Below, piece after piece: positions 50,897 through 63,491 of a stretch of DNA of 64,000 bases. This DNA is from Psammoneis japonica (lineage: Eukaryota): the NCBI GenBank assembly GCA_008632985.1, contig QPGO01000059.1, positions 124,001 to 188,000 on the forward strand. Direction: 5' to 3'. How positions within the stretch are numbered: position 1 is the first letter of the stretch; each line of letters opens with the position of its first letter. The position numbers were made by a program, and so were the translations under genes. Below the pieces are notes generated by a model. It was not told where the DNA came from, did no database searches, and worked only from the letters and a program-made list of their open reading frames with translations.

Positions 50897-52465
50897 ATTT
50901 GTAGAGCAACAAGGAAGAGCCACACAGACACAGTGGGGGCACAACTTTGCATCCACCAGCAGCAATCTGCTGCCACAGCAAAACTGGAGCACAGTGTGCA
51001 AGCACTGTCCAAAACAAAAACAAAAACAAATCACAACCATGTTGGCCCCAATGTCCTGGCACCCCAAAAAGCATCCTTGGCACACTTGCTGTTTCATGAA
51101 AATGACATTGGCTGAATGAAGCAAAGATTGACCCGCACACTGCAGCCTGGGTTGATGTCAGAATTTTTTTGTCAATTTGTGCTGTGATGCAAAGCTGAGT
51201 CAGTTGATGAGCATCTGTGGCAACAGAAAGCATGAATGATGACAGGGATTGAATGACAATGTGGCAGTTGCTGGGGCTGCTTGACATTGTGAGTTGGGGT
51301 CTGGAACATGAGCTCTTGACATTGGGCTGAAAGAAAGGAATCAGGTTTGTGGTTGCATCATTTGTAAAAAGGGGGTTGACTTGATGAGGAGTTCATTTTG
51401 AAAAGAGAGTCTTTTTGTTGTTGTCAGACATGTGATGACAACACAGTGGCTTGTGACAGGGGTGCACCGTTGTTGCGCAAAAACAACAGATGATGGGCGG
51501 CTGAGCTGTGTGGTGCCTGAGATGCAACAAAGAGACAAAAAAAGCAGCAGAAACAAACAAAAAACATGCAATGGTCAATCAAACTAAAGCTCTTCCAAAC
51601 AAACAGACCAACTCTGAACAAGATGCTGTGCCACAAAACAAAACATTGCAAGTTTGTGACTGCTGGAAAAATTGGGTTTCAACCTGAATGACAGTCATGT
51701 TGACAATGCCAGATTTGTGGCTGAAAATGAGCCAGTGTCAAAACATCATTTAGAATCTAAATGACATCAACTGCCTTGGTTGATTTTTGAGAAAATGTCG
51801 CACCTCTGTGGAGAGTGCAGCCACACACACAAAACACTTGTTTTTTTGCTCGTTGACCTTTTTTTAGCACAAAAACACATTGCAGCAGACGGACTGCTCA
51901 TTGCCTCCCATGTCTCTTTTTATGTTGTTCAAAGTTGCAGGTGAGTTGAAAACCAAGCCATTTGCATGCAAACCATGAGAACTCCACCATGGATCAGGAA
52001 AACACCACACTTTTTCGAGTCAATTTGAAAAAGGTCAGAGAGAAGGTGCAGGGCACACTTTTTGGCAATGCCACTGCCGCAAAAAACAGCTGTGTCAACA
52101 TGAGTGCTCTCAATGTTGCTTCACACAGTCCCAGTAAAACAGAACATGGTGCAGTGAACAATGTGTGCGGCAGTTTGAGACGACGCGGAAGACGTCAGGG
52201 CGGGTCAAGGCGAAACAACGCTGTTTTGGGTGGCGCCTGCACTTTAGTTGGCACGACTGCGTAGTGCTCCACGATTCCTCCACCCCAGGAGCGCGCGCCT
52301 CCGTCCACGTGGAGATGATGATGAGACAGCTCACAAAATTCCAAAAATGCGTGGCCTTGGCTCGCGGCCATCTCATTTTTCATCAAACCGCCATTCGATC
52401 GCCTCTCTAGAAGCCTCTTTTTTCCCATTGACGCTTGCCACATCAGCTTCTTATCATATTTCACC

Positions 52466-53245
52466 ATGTATCGGTACTGCTCTCTTGCGATTGTTGTTGC
52501 GTTAGCCTCCATGGCACAGGCATGGGTTGCTCCATCGGTGGGCAGGAGAGTAGCTTATTCATCGAGTTCTTCTCCTGTTGCGTTGAACATGGCCCTAGAC
52601 TACAATGATCCGGTTGTTGCCGAAGAGTTTGCTGAAGTCCAGCCCATGTCGTATGAAGATGTCGAAGAAGAATTGTTGGAGAGTGGCATTCGCGCACCCG
52701 CATCCATGAACGAAATGGAAGTCAAGCTCATGCTTGTGGAAGTTCGTATGCGCAAGTCTGGCAAAATGCCCAATTCGGAAAAGAAGGAAAAGCCCACTTC
52801 GTTTTCGTCCAAATTCGAAGAAGCTCTATGGACGAAACCGGTATTCAAGGAGTTGTTTGACGACCTCAAAGCCAAGGGTGATCACAATGCCCAGAATGTT
52901 GCTTCCGAATATGTGAATGATCCGGATCTCGCTGAAACCCGGTATGGGAAGGATTACAAAGGGCTCATTAGAAAAGTACAGGCTGCTCTCACGGCACCAC
53001 CACCCGTCAAGACACCCACTCTCACATTTTCTGGTTTTCCGGCAAACATGGGAGAAGACGCCTGCCGAATGACACTGGAAGCGGTGGGAACAATTGTTGA
53101 GTTTGAATGCCGAGAGAGTGATGACTTTCCCATTTTGACTGGTAAAGTGACTTTTGAAGACCTGGATGCTGCCAAGAAAGCTGTTGAACAGTACGATGGA
53201 ATGGATATGGGAATGGGAACGGCTTTGGAGTTGGCGTCTGTGTGA
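52466..53245 (+). CDS. Plastid-targeted protein with C-terminal RRM
   Basis: Signal peptide + AQAWVAP (ASAFAP-type) transit motif; LTFSGFP…GKVTFEDLDAAKKAVEQYDG RRM pattern. Confidence 0.88.
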   Translation: MYRYCSLAIVVALASMAQAWVAPSVGRRVAYSSSSSPVALNMALDYNDPVVAEEFAEVQPMSYEDVEEELLESGIRAPASMNEMEVKLMLVEVRMRKSGKMPNSEKKEKPTSFSSKFEEALWTKPVFKELFDDLKAKGDHNAQNVASEYVNDPDLAETRYGKDYKGLIRKVQAALTAPPPVKTPTLTFSGFPANMGEDACRMTLEAVGTIVEFECRESDDFPILTGKVTFEDLDAAKKAVEQYDGMDMGMGTALELASV

Positions 53246-53622
53246 TCGTACTATAAAGAGAAACATTGGAAAAGAGCAAAGTTAGGACAAAAGAAGGAAC
53301 TCGAACGAAAAGGAGAGCTGAGGTACTTGTAGAAATTTCTGAAGTGTAGTAGTAGTAGTGCACTTTAGCAAGCCATTATGTGTCTGCTGTTATACTCGAG
53401 CTTTGTACGAATCGGTCTTCCATCTAGTATGCTGAGTATTGCTCACAATCACAATTGGCAACAACTAACCCCGCTCTCGCGATTTCACCACCAATCTCAA
53501 GTGAAACTTCTACTGAATTCGGGACTCGATTACCTTTATAGGGCATAGGAGTCCTATACTATTTGAAAAGCACGGATTCAATGACCGATTCAAGTTCGCG
53601 TGGTGCACTATGTAGTTTGTAG

Positions 53623-54606
53623 TTACATTGTCTTTTGTATCTTGCGCATGTGATACCCCGATGTATGATGTTCATTGGGCTGCGATGGACCACGCTTCTC
53701 CCACTTTGGCTTTCTACGGTTGGCTCGTCTACGTTCCGAGTTGAGAGGATGCTTGTGCTTGGAATCAATACCTTTGGAACGTCGTTCAGCAGCTTCCTGT
53801 TGTAGTCGTCGCTGCTCTTCTCGTCTCATGCGTTCCTCGGGTGGCAACAAACTCCAATCCTGCGCTTTTCGTTTCTTGGACTTTTTCTTTGAATCCTGCT
53901 TTTCAGAAGGTGCACTGCTATCGTTGCCTTGAGCAGAGTCGTCCTTCTTCTTCTGCTCTTCCTCTTTTTTCTGCCTTGTAAGCGCCAAGGCTTCCTGATG
54001 AACTTGTTCCAATACCTCATCTCCACCTCGCTCCAACAATCTCATGAGTTTACGTCTTTGCTTCGAATTAAGCGTCTCCAAAAGAGCCACGACAGACTCC
54101 TTATTTACTGTGTCTTTGTCATTCGCTGTCCGTTCAGGCTGCTTTGTCGGTTCAGCGGCTTGCTCGTCAACTTGAACACTACCCATACTTTCTGTTGTAT
54201 CATCGTTTTGTCTGATTTCTTCTGGGTCCCTATTATCAACTTTATCATCACTAGCTTCTTCGTCAGCTGCGGTATCGTCCTCTTCCGGAGTTTCGGTCTG
54301 CTCTTGCTGCTCGGCTTCGTCTTTTTCCTCTTCGTTCTCTTCGCTCTTGCCTGAATTTTCTTCTTCTTCTTCTTCGTCGGGTTCTTTCTGTTCAGTTGCA
54401 TTGTCTTCCTTTGCTTTTCTCTCATGATACCGTTTCAGCATACGACGATGCTTGGCATTCAATTTTGATTCGTCAAGCAAAAGCAGTTCTTCCACCGCCT
54501 TGTCACCATCTCGCTTATCGGGTGGCGCTTTCTTTAGAATTTGCCGACTTCTTTTTGCCGTTTTCCAAAAATTTTCATGCTTACTGAGAACTTCAATCAC
54601 ACACAC
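53623..54606 (-). CDS. Highly charged nuclear/nucleolar-type protein (5' exon uncertain)
   Basis: 327-aa ORF with repeated LN(A/S)K.RR motif, acidic centre, basic C-terminus. Confidence 0.7.
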   Translation of the reverse strand: MCVIEVLSKHENFWKTAKRSRQILKKAPPDKRDGDKAVEELLLLDESKLNAKHRRMLKRYHERKAKEDNATEQKEPDEEEEEENSGKSEENEEEKDEAEQQEQTETPEEDDTAADEEASDDKVDNRDPEEIRQNDDTTESMGSVQVDEQAAEPTKQPERTANDKDTVNKESVVALLETLNSKQRRKLMRLLERGGDEVLEQVHQEALALTRQKKEEEQKKKDDSAQGNDSSAPSEKQDSKKKSKKRKAQDWSLLPPEERMRREEQRRLQQEAAERRSKGIDSKHKHPLNSERRRANRRKPKWEKRGPSQPNEHHTSGYHMRKIQKTM

Positions 54607-55257
54607 ACAAGTTCAGTGTCAAATGGAGATTCAAGATAATACGATTGTCTTTCTTATCCTGCCAACCCGAAACAGCACATCGACGACATAACACACCACA
54701 GCAGAAAAAGAGAAAAGTGAGACGTGATCACGGATTTTTTGAGTGGTCGAAAGTTGGAAGTTCGAAGGACAGACTGTTCTCTGCGAACAAGCGCGCGGCA
54801 AATCATCCGGGAATCAGTCCAACGGATGCGTAGAATTTGTACCATACATCTAACGTAGCTTTATCGGCATCCGGGACTTGCAGACGATTTGATCACCCGA
54901 AAAAGCACCCAGCGAAAAAAATGCCAATCCCGCCCCTTCACACATGCTCTTGTGTACAACTCCAATTTGCACTTTTACAATCAAGTATATACAGTCCTCA
55001 ACACAAGAGAGAGGAAAAAGAATACTTCGCAAGACCTGATTCACACCAATCCGGCTTCATCCATCTCGCTCATTCGTCGGACTCAAGCACGTCGTTTCAG
55101 TCGAGTCCCTGGTCGTTCATTCCCGTCCCACCACGTGCCAATCCAGGGAAGGTAGAGCTTTCCGCGACCACAAAGAACTGCATTCTGTTCCTACAATCAC
55201 ATTGAAACCCGAAACAATAAAATGGTATCGAACCAAAAACGAAAAAGGCCAACGGCC

Positions 55258-58003
55258 ATGACAAATAGATCTTTGTTTTCCGTGGCACTAACAATGCTGG
55301 CGTTCATATTCCCAACAGTCTCTGGTCTCTTTTGTGAGCCGCTGTATGACGATACATGGGACGGACTACTGGAAGCCATTGAGTTGTCTTTTGATTTTGC
55401 CATTTTGTGTCCCTTTACGATATCCGGTGATGGTTGTCCGCAAGACAGCGACGGGCTCACTGTCACATCCTCTGATTTGTATATAATGTGTGAATCCTTT
55501 CTAGGATCCGGTTGTGTCATTGATTGTCCAGGAACCCATTTTACGTGGCACCCAATGGAAAACTCACATTGGATGGAATCAAGTTGAGAGGATCTTCCAA
55601 GTCGGCTGTTCGTGTCAAGTCCAACGCCAAATTCATTGGTTACAGTGTGACGTTTGAAGAGTAAGTATTACATCTGGTGTTTCTAACACTTACAAAAGTA
55701 TCGCTCACGAAATTGAATTCTTGCTTCTAATACAGCAACTCGAACGATTCCGAAACGGAGGAGGCATTGACGCCGAAGCTGAGTCAGAAGTTACGCTCTC
55801 GATTCGTCCTTTACAAACAATCGTGCACTCAACGGAGGCGCCTTGTATCATCGAGGAAGAGCAATTGTGAATGCAACCTCGTTTGTTGACAACGAAGCCA
55901 CTGTAAGAATACTTACATTGAACTGTGTTTTGTGGGTGATTGTCGTTTTAAATGTACCGTCACTTACCGTGACGTTTCGCTTTGCTTTCCTTTACCGCTA
56001 TTTATGAAGAATGGTGGTGTAAGTCATAAATCCCATGAACACGCTTCGACGTTCCAGATGAAGCTCGTACACTAACTCATTTCTCTCTCTCTACAACCAA
56101 GGGTGGAGCAATATTTTCAGGTTCGCATCAGAGGCGGGTTTGTTTCAAGATTTCTTTCAGGGAAACACGGCGTCGTTCTTTGGACCAGCGGTGTTTGACG
56201 GTTCTGGTGCCACCACAACTAGAGAGGGAAACACTGGGTGTAGAAACTTTCTTCTTGGTCCAACCCTGGGTGATAGTGCGCCGGTTCTGTGTAATGGAGT
56301 GTATGTTGCATTGGGTGGCAGCGGCCAGTGCAATCCATTTGAGTCTGAGTGCGAAGCCTCAACCGTTCACCCACTCTTTCACCTACATCACCAATGGCGC
56401 CACCCACAGCGAGTGTCAAGGCAAGCCAAGCACCTACTCGTACTCCGACACTTCGTCCGACAAGAGCACCAACCGTGTCACCAACAGTAGCGCCAACATC
56501 ACGCCATCGACCTTAAATCCCACACTGACGCCAACAACGCCTCCAACGAAATTGAGGCTTACAGCGAATCCCACAGCGAGTAAGTATCAGTTCCCACCAT
56601 TCCGTAAGTGTGTGCGTTATTCAGATTTCTAACATTGTTTGTAGGTCCAACAGCGTCGCCAAGCCAGTCGCCAACAAGTCAGTAGCCTTCCGCATTTCCC
56701 ACTGCAGCACCGTCACTTTCTCAACTGGTGCTCCAACGAAAGCTGCTTCTGATTCTCCTAGCAACGTGCCTACCTTCCACCCAACAGTTTCGCCTACCGA
56801 CGTGCTGTCCTCTTCGCCTTCCCTGCGAGCATCGGCAAACCCTACGATTGTACAGACCGACTCACCAACACTAAGCTCTTCCTCCAACCCAACCACGACG
56901 CCGACTCTGCAACCTAGCACACAGCCATCACAATCACCAACGTTAACAATTCCTCTTCGCCATCAACGCTTCCTACAATTTCTCCTTCGGTATATCCGTC
57001 AGAAACGCCGAGCTTTAAACCGTCAATTCGATCCCGCATTCTTCCACCGCCGTCACCATCACCGTCTCATACTCCCACGGTGAATCCAACAGAAGCTCCG
57101 ACACGAGCACCGACCGACGGCCAACAAGTCTCCGACGCTTACTCCATCCTTGTATCCGACGGCAACGCCGACGATGCCCAACACTAGCGCCGTCCAACGG
57201 ACCGACGTTTTCACCATCTTGTATCCGACAGCTGGACCGACTAGTATTCCCACTCTAGCACCGTCCAACGGACCAACGACATCTCCTTCCTTGATTCCCA
57301 TTTCTTTCCATCCATTGCACCAACTTTTTCCCCGACAAACACTCCTTCTGCAAGACCCACGTCATTCCCAACCACCGCCCCGAGCACAATACCCACAAGC
57401 CAGCCAAGCACACCCTATCCGTCAAAATCACCAACATTGATGCCATCAGGTATTCCATCGGCGCAACCATCGCCACTTCCAGCTCTTAACTATGTCGGAA
57501 ACAATGGACGTCCGTCTTCCAGATTTCCGCTTGGACTCTGTGAGGGAGATGTACGTTGTCCGAGTGTTTTGCAATAATTTGTTGAATTATCTGGTCGTAT
57601 AAGCTAACCTCTGCGTCTTTTGTTCTTAACAAAAGTGTGACTCGGACGACGAGTGTCGAGGTGACCTCAAGTGCTTTCAACGAAGTTCCTCGTCCGTCCA
57701 CATCCCTGGATGCAGTGAAACCGATCAACATGAGGGCAATGATTTCGTAAGTCTCCTTGATCTCACTTGACTATTGAAAAGATGATTTTCGAGCCTGTAT
57801 TGACGATTCTTTTGTGTCTCTTTATTCTTTCGACAGTGTTACAATGCGGTACCCTTCGACAAAGCCCCAGTGTTTTAATCGCTAGCTTCTTTTGTCTTCG
57901 ACGCTTTTGCTGTCTCTTTATTTTTTTTTTTCGACAGTGTTACAATGCCGGTACACCCGCTCCTCAGGACAAGAGCGACCCACAGTGGTTCCTTAATCGC
58001 TAG
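55258..58003 (+). CDS. Secreted multi-exon protein: GGAI-type beta repeats, long PT/PS-rich mucin-like stalk, C-terminal CEGDCD…C..DLKCFQR module (several frameshifts)
   Basis: Signal peptide at 55258; GT-AG introns; SPT/APT repeats 56370-57480. Confidence 0.7.
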
Positions 58004-58599
58004 CTTCATGATTCATGATGCATTCACAGAACGACCAGCAGTGGTGTCTGACTCGATAGACTCCTCCCTCCTCATAGTCTCTGTAGGTCAATGGAACTTA
58101 GAGAACACTCAATTGGAAGCTACGAGACTCCTGTAGCTTGTGCCATTGTTCTCAACGCCACCAGTCGTCGCCATTGTCGAGAAAACACCAATGCTTGCAG
58201 AACCGCCACCAACAGCAAGACTTACCGATGACGACAAGCCACCAACACCAGGCGGTCATCGTGTTTCCCGCGCATTTCTGTGCCACCACGTCGGATTAGT
58301 ACGTAGGAACATACTAATGTCTACGTAGGGTTGTCTGTCGGTCGTGGATGACATCACCGTTCACGCGCTTACGCACGCTTTGGATACACTTTCAACTCAC
58401 CGTAGATTTCTACAAGGAACATACTACGTGGCATGAATCAGAACCACCACCAAAAAAGCCGACCACCTAACTCATCCGTCAAGAATATCCACGTTGCTTA
58501 TTGCTGACCCCACACGCACAAGCTGCTGTCTACCAAAAAGAGCAGATTGGGGTCACCATATCTTTTTTCACTCCTCACATCATCAGCACCAAAAACACC

Positions 58600-59884
58600 A
58601 TGTGCCGTACCCTCATCACAAGCAAGGTGGGATCCGACCTCAAGGAGGACGAAGAATGGCTCAAGACTTTTGACATCAATGCGTTTGCCGCGGACATTAA
58701 AGCGCTCGGCGACAAGCTCGAAAAGCAACAGGGCGAAGCAGATGTTCGCCATTTGAACAAGATGGTCATGTGGAGCAACATGTGTGCTGCCGTTGGTCTG
58801 CTTTCCATGGGATGGGGAGTCAATCCCATTACTATTATTGCCCTCTCCACATGGACCTTTACACGATGGACGATGATTGCGCACCACACTTGTCACGGGG
58901 GTTATGACAAATGCCATCCCGAAAAGGGCCGTTGGAACCGATTCAAGTTTGCACTGGGATCGTTGTGGAGGCGAATGTGTGATTGGTTCGACTGGATGAT
59001 GCCAGAGGCATGGAATGTCGAGCACAACAACCGCCATCACTATAATCTCAGTGAGCTGGACGACCCCGATTTGGTCGAGGCCAACCTGAGCACCTTGCGT
59101 GAGGCAAATGTTCCGCTTGCCTTTAAATACATGGCGGTTGCCTTTTTCATGTTGACTTGGAAGTGGTTCTACTACGCTCCCAACACTTACAAGGAACTCA
59201 AGCTTGCCAAGCTCCGAAGAGAGGGCAAGTCACTACCCAAGGGCGTCAATCCCGAATACGCTGTTACCATCAAGTCGCTCGTATGTGGAGAGAACCCCTT
59301 TTACTCACTCTGGGAATTCCTCAGCATTGTGATTGGTCCTTACTTTCTGATCCACTTTCTCCTCATGCCTCTTCCGCTCTTGTTTGTGGGAGGCTACATG
59401 GGCCTCGACGGAGAGCTCATGTACTCCAACGCAGTCAAGAATCTCTTCTTGGCGGAGCTCTTGACGAATGCTCATGGATTCCTCGCCGTGGTACCAACCA
59501 CGCCGGCGATGACATGTACCGCTTCCGTGATGGATGCCGTCCCTTTTCGGGATCCTTTTACCTCCGACAAGTCTTGGCCAGTGTGACTTTGCCATGGGCA
59601 CGGACGCGGTGGACTTTTTCCACGGATGGCTCAACTACCAGATTGAACACCACATGTGGCCCAATCTCAGCATGTTGAGCTATCAAAAGTCGGCTCCGCT
59701 CGTCAAGGCCATTTGTGCCAAGCACGGAGTTCCATATGTTCAAGAAAGCGTGTTTATTCGACTGAAAAAGACGATTGATATCATGTGCGGCACGTCAAGC
59801 ATGAAGTGGTTTCCTGAAAAGTATGAACGCAGGTTTTTGGAAATAGACGCGGCAGCAGAAGCCAAGAAGCTCGCCAAGGAATAA
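58600..59884 (+). CDS. Membrane fatty-acid desaturase without N-terminal cytochrome b5 (frameshifts ~59490 and ~59580)
   Basis: His boxes HHTCHGGY, HNNRHH and QIEHH; TM segments. Confidence 0.88.
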
Positions 59885-60002
59885 ATAATAAACGATATAG
59901 ATGTATTACGTATTGCACTACCACTATCTTTTGTACGACTTTGCTGCATAATGTGCAGGTTACATCGATTCAGACTCCCCGTACAAGACACCAATCTTCT
60001 TA

Positions 60003-61716
60003 CTAAACCGCAGCAAACGACTCGGTGCCTCCGTATTCTCCATGATCCACCGTAATGGTCGACGACCCCAGCATTGGCGCATCCCTGACATAGTCCGGCA
60101 GCGTCTCCTTAGTCAGCCCCGCCTTCATCAAATCCCCCAATCCCTCAAACACGTTTGGTCCCTCCATGACGACTCCACACTTAAATTTGACGTCTTCGAA
60201 ATCGCCCGTCCACTTCCAAGCGACACGCTGCATCTTGGGACAATCCCTTGCCCCCCAATTCATCTTGACGAGCGCGTTTTCTAGATGCAGTCTGAGCGGC
60301 AGAGCCATCCACCAAAACACCATTGGCGTTACGCGCCACGGCATCGTGTTGGGCCAGTCGCGCCGCTTGCCGTCCATGCTTGCGTCCCACGTTTAACCGC
60401 TCTTGTTCTGCTTGACGAGACACCATACACTCGGTGGAAACGGTGTGAAACTCGGTCAAGGGATCGGGTCCCAAGGGACGAGCCAGCTGGGCAAAGCGAC
60501 CCACGGCACGGCCATCCTTGGAAGCAAGAGCCTCGTCCAGCAATTCGTGAGGTTCGGTACCCGTCCAATCTCCAAAACGAGTAGGGACCATCGAGTCTGA
60601 AAGAAAGAACAGAGAGAGATGATGATTAGAGCTGGTGAACGTGTGCATATGGACAATTGCAGCAATCAATAGACAGTTCAAACTCACCACGAATACTGCT
60701 CTTGTCCTTCTGTTGTGTCCTTGCCGCAGTCGCCAGAGCGGCTTCCAGAGCACAAAGGACAAACTTTGTAAACCGGCAAGTGTTTGACGACGCTTTGCGT
60801 CCCGCCGTGAGCGCCAACAAACACGAGCCTTCCTCCACGAGCGCCACGTACTCGTTGGGCCTTGGCTTCTTCTTGAATCCCGACCTTGACAGGTTTGATT
60901 CATCCTGCAAATCCAAAGCTTTTCCGATATTCAATTGAATGTACATTTGGGAAGCAGAGCTACGGTGCGCGTAGACCCGGCATTCTGTTTGGTAAATGGA
61001 ACGGAATTCTGCCGAAACAGTCTCGCAGATTCGTGGTAGTTCTTGAACAAGAGATGCGGGAGAACAGAGTTGATAAATCTCATAATTTTTCTTCTTTCCC
61101 CATGTGACCGTGGTACGAGCAGAAATCTGCAAGTGAAGTGATTCTAAAAGAATGCTCCAAATGTGACGGACTTGTTGAGAACGACTCGTGGCAAGAGCCG
61201 AAGACCGTGTGACTTCTTCCTCCTCGTCACTCGCTGCAGTGCTGTAATCAGAAACGAGCGCAGCCGAGTCTCGAGTAGCAATCGTCGTTGTTTGAGGGCC
61301 CACGTTCTTGTCTTGAGCCGATATGGGTGGATCCTTTCTCCGAGTATCCTTGGATGAGACTGCTTTCACGTATTGATCTTGTTAGTACCGCCGCCACGCT
61401 GCTTCTTCATATTCTTCTTTTCGTTTTGAATGTGAGCTTGAATTGCATACATTACCGCCATACTCATGCGACTCTCGGCTTGTCCCTTATAGAATCGCTT
61501 CCATCCATAGCGTCCAATCTCATCAATTGTCTGCTTTACAACGGCCTTGAAGGCATATTCGTCCGGGATGCTATCCAGCAAAACACGAGACGCATATTCT
61601 GGATTGTTTCCCAGATAACGAAGCATACGCGTAGCACTTCTTGCTTCGGCTGGTAAAGACGTGACGCGATACCGATCCACATTGCGGCGGTTGCCAATCA
61701 TGGACGTACCTACCAT
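60003..61716 (-). CDS. CENPN: Probable kinetochore protein CENP-N/Chl4 homolog (one intron ~60596-60685, frameshifts)
   Basis: C-term WGARDCPKMQRVAWK…CGVVMEGPNVFEGLGDLMKAGL…LP resembles the CENP-N/Chl4 C-terminus; YIQLNI and FVLCALEAAL resemble the central domain (from memory of the family). Confidence 0.55.
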
Positions 61717-62072
61717 GGCTGAACTAATTTATTGTAGTAAAGTAAGGAGAAAGCGGCGCCGCTGCAATGTTGCTGTCATGGGCAACGTGCGCTATCACGG
61801 GTTTTGAATGTCGCCGTTATTTTCCACGGAGCGGTATGTTTTTAACGGTAGATAACGTTTTAGCATAAAAGTTATTCAACTTTTAATATAGTTTGTATCG
61901 CTTAAACGCCTTAATAGGAGGGTGAAGGACAGACACCAGTGAAACCACCGCGCGAAACCACGCGACAACGCATGACACTTGTCACTTTTCTGCCCGACCT
62001 CGAGTCTCGAGTAAGGTACCGGTACTGTAGCTTCTTTCTAGTTAGTCTAGAGCAACTGATTTGCCCATATTA

Positions 62073-63071
62073 TTACTCTTGCAACTGAAACATGTACAGT
62101 CTCCAGTCTCCCAAACATGTCCATACAAACTCATGTTTGTCTCGTTCCGAATACGGATCGCATCGTATCAAAATCGATAGCAAACTCTGGTCGTGTCGCG
62201 CAAACATGAACCCGGCTTGATTCGGGACGTTGCTGCGTTCATCAGAAATCAAGTGATAATCTTTGGACGCCTCCATAAAGTCCATAATGAATTGAAGCGT
62301 TCTTCTATTCTTCCGGACTAGCAAGAAATTGCCAGTATACTGGAGACCGTCATCGGGTAAGAGTTGTGGACACAATTTCGCGTAAATGTCACCCTTGGTC
62401 CACTCGCGTTCCAAAAACTGCATTTCTTCCAAGGCCAAATCGGCGTTTCGATCCAACATGGTTTCAATCAAGAGAGGTGTCCACGAAACAAAGTCCTCAC
62501 GATCGGCATCGGTAAACACTACAAAGTCCCCGTCTGCCAGCTTTTGCAACTCGTGGTATATGATTGTTGGTTTCCAAAACCAATAGCCACCGCCCCGGCG
62601 AGAGGCGTGTCGAGTGTTGTTTAAAAATCGCAAATGATCCTTCCAAGAAGGATCTTGTAAAATATAAGATGGAAAGGATGTATATGCAATAATTTCATTT
62701 CTGGTGAAGACTCCGCTCTTGATAACCTTGTCAACATGCTCATCAACTTCCTGCTTGTATTCGTCGTTTTGGGAACCAAACTTGGCAGTCAAGTGAAGGA
62801 CTCTGTGCTGTTTTTGACCATGCGGTCGTAACCATAAACTGTATTCCGGACAACCAACGTAAAGATAGCGATTCTTCCACGTCCACAGCATCTTTTTGTG
62901 AAACAACACGAGAATGGACAATTGAAAAAAGAACAACACTTTTCGTCGACTCCTCAACAGCACAAAAAGTCGCCTTGCATGTTTGCTGCGGCTTTCAACT
63001 TCAGTCTCACTTGACACCGCGACAGTCGGAGGAGTAGAGATTCGTTGTCGTACTTTGCTGGCATCGTTCAT
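62073..63071 (-). CDS. Type II membrane glycosyltransferase-like protein
   Basis: N-terminal TM; GGYWFWKP, DxD (FTDAD), RHDQSLLS motifs. Confidence 0.75.
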   Translation of the reverse strand: MNDASKVRQRISTPPTVAVSSETEVESRSKHARRLFVLLRSRRKVLFFFQLSILVLFHKKMLWTWKNRYLYVGCPEYSLWLRPHGQKQHRVLHLTAKFGSQNDEYKQEVDEHVDKVIKSGVFTRNEIIAYTSFPSYILQDPSWKDHLRFLNNTRHASRRGGGYWFWKPTIIYHELQKLADGDFVVFTDADREDFVSWTPLLIETMLDRNADLALEEMQFLEREWTKGDIYAKLCPQLLPDDGLQYTGNFLLVRKNRRTLQFIMDFMEASKDYHLISDERSNVPNQAGFMFARHDQSLLSILIRCDPYSERDKHEFVWTCLGDWRLYMFQLQE

Positions 63072-63491
63072 TGTTTGCTAGAATGGCAATTACGGACATG
63101 GGCAGCGATGATGCTGATGCGGTTTCAGTTTCTCGCCTTGCTCATGGTGTTCGTGCGTGACGTGCCCAACCGCGCGCTTTTTGATCTGTGTCGGAAGCAG
63201 ACAACCCGGAATCGGTTCGGATTGATGACGAACCTTGCAGTCCTCGTCTTTTTTGTTGCTCGCTGGTGATAGTGCTCTTATGATAGAGAGATGTTATTAC
63301 GCTTGTAGCTCGAGCTCACAATCAAAAACTAATGTCACCATGTCACCCACATTATGCACGGGTACAAAGAACAATGATGTGGCTTCTGGCAAGGGCAAGG
63401 AGGACCAGCACCACGAGACAGAGCACGCTTGACATGCATTCGAAAAAAATACCTGGTGGCTATATATTACCTACTCTAGAACATGCGCTAT

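Noticed and set aside
1..52200. Classical fungal RIP or plain CpG decay as the sole cause of the compositional bias
   Set aside because: RIP creates TpA and 5mC decay leaves TpA untouched; here TpA is the most depleted dinucleotide
43250..52264. Many 100-300 aa Cys/His/Gln-rich ORFs suggesting metal-binding proteins
   Set aside because: Same stop-codon depletion; they overlap on both strands and lie within satellites and duplications
58600..61716. Programmed frameshifting or pseudogenisation of host genes (also at ~9765, ~38690 and 55.5-57.5k)
   Set aside because: Scattered single-base shifts in otherwise intact unrelated genes are more simply explained as assembly indel errors; needs read check
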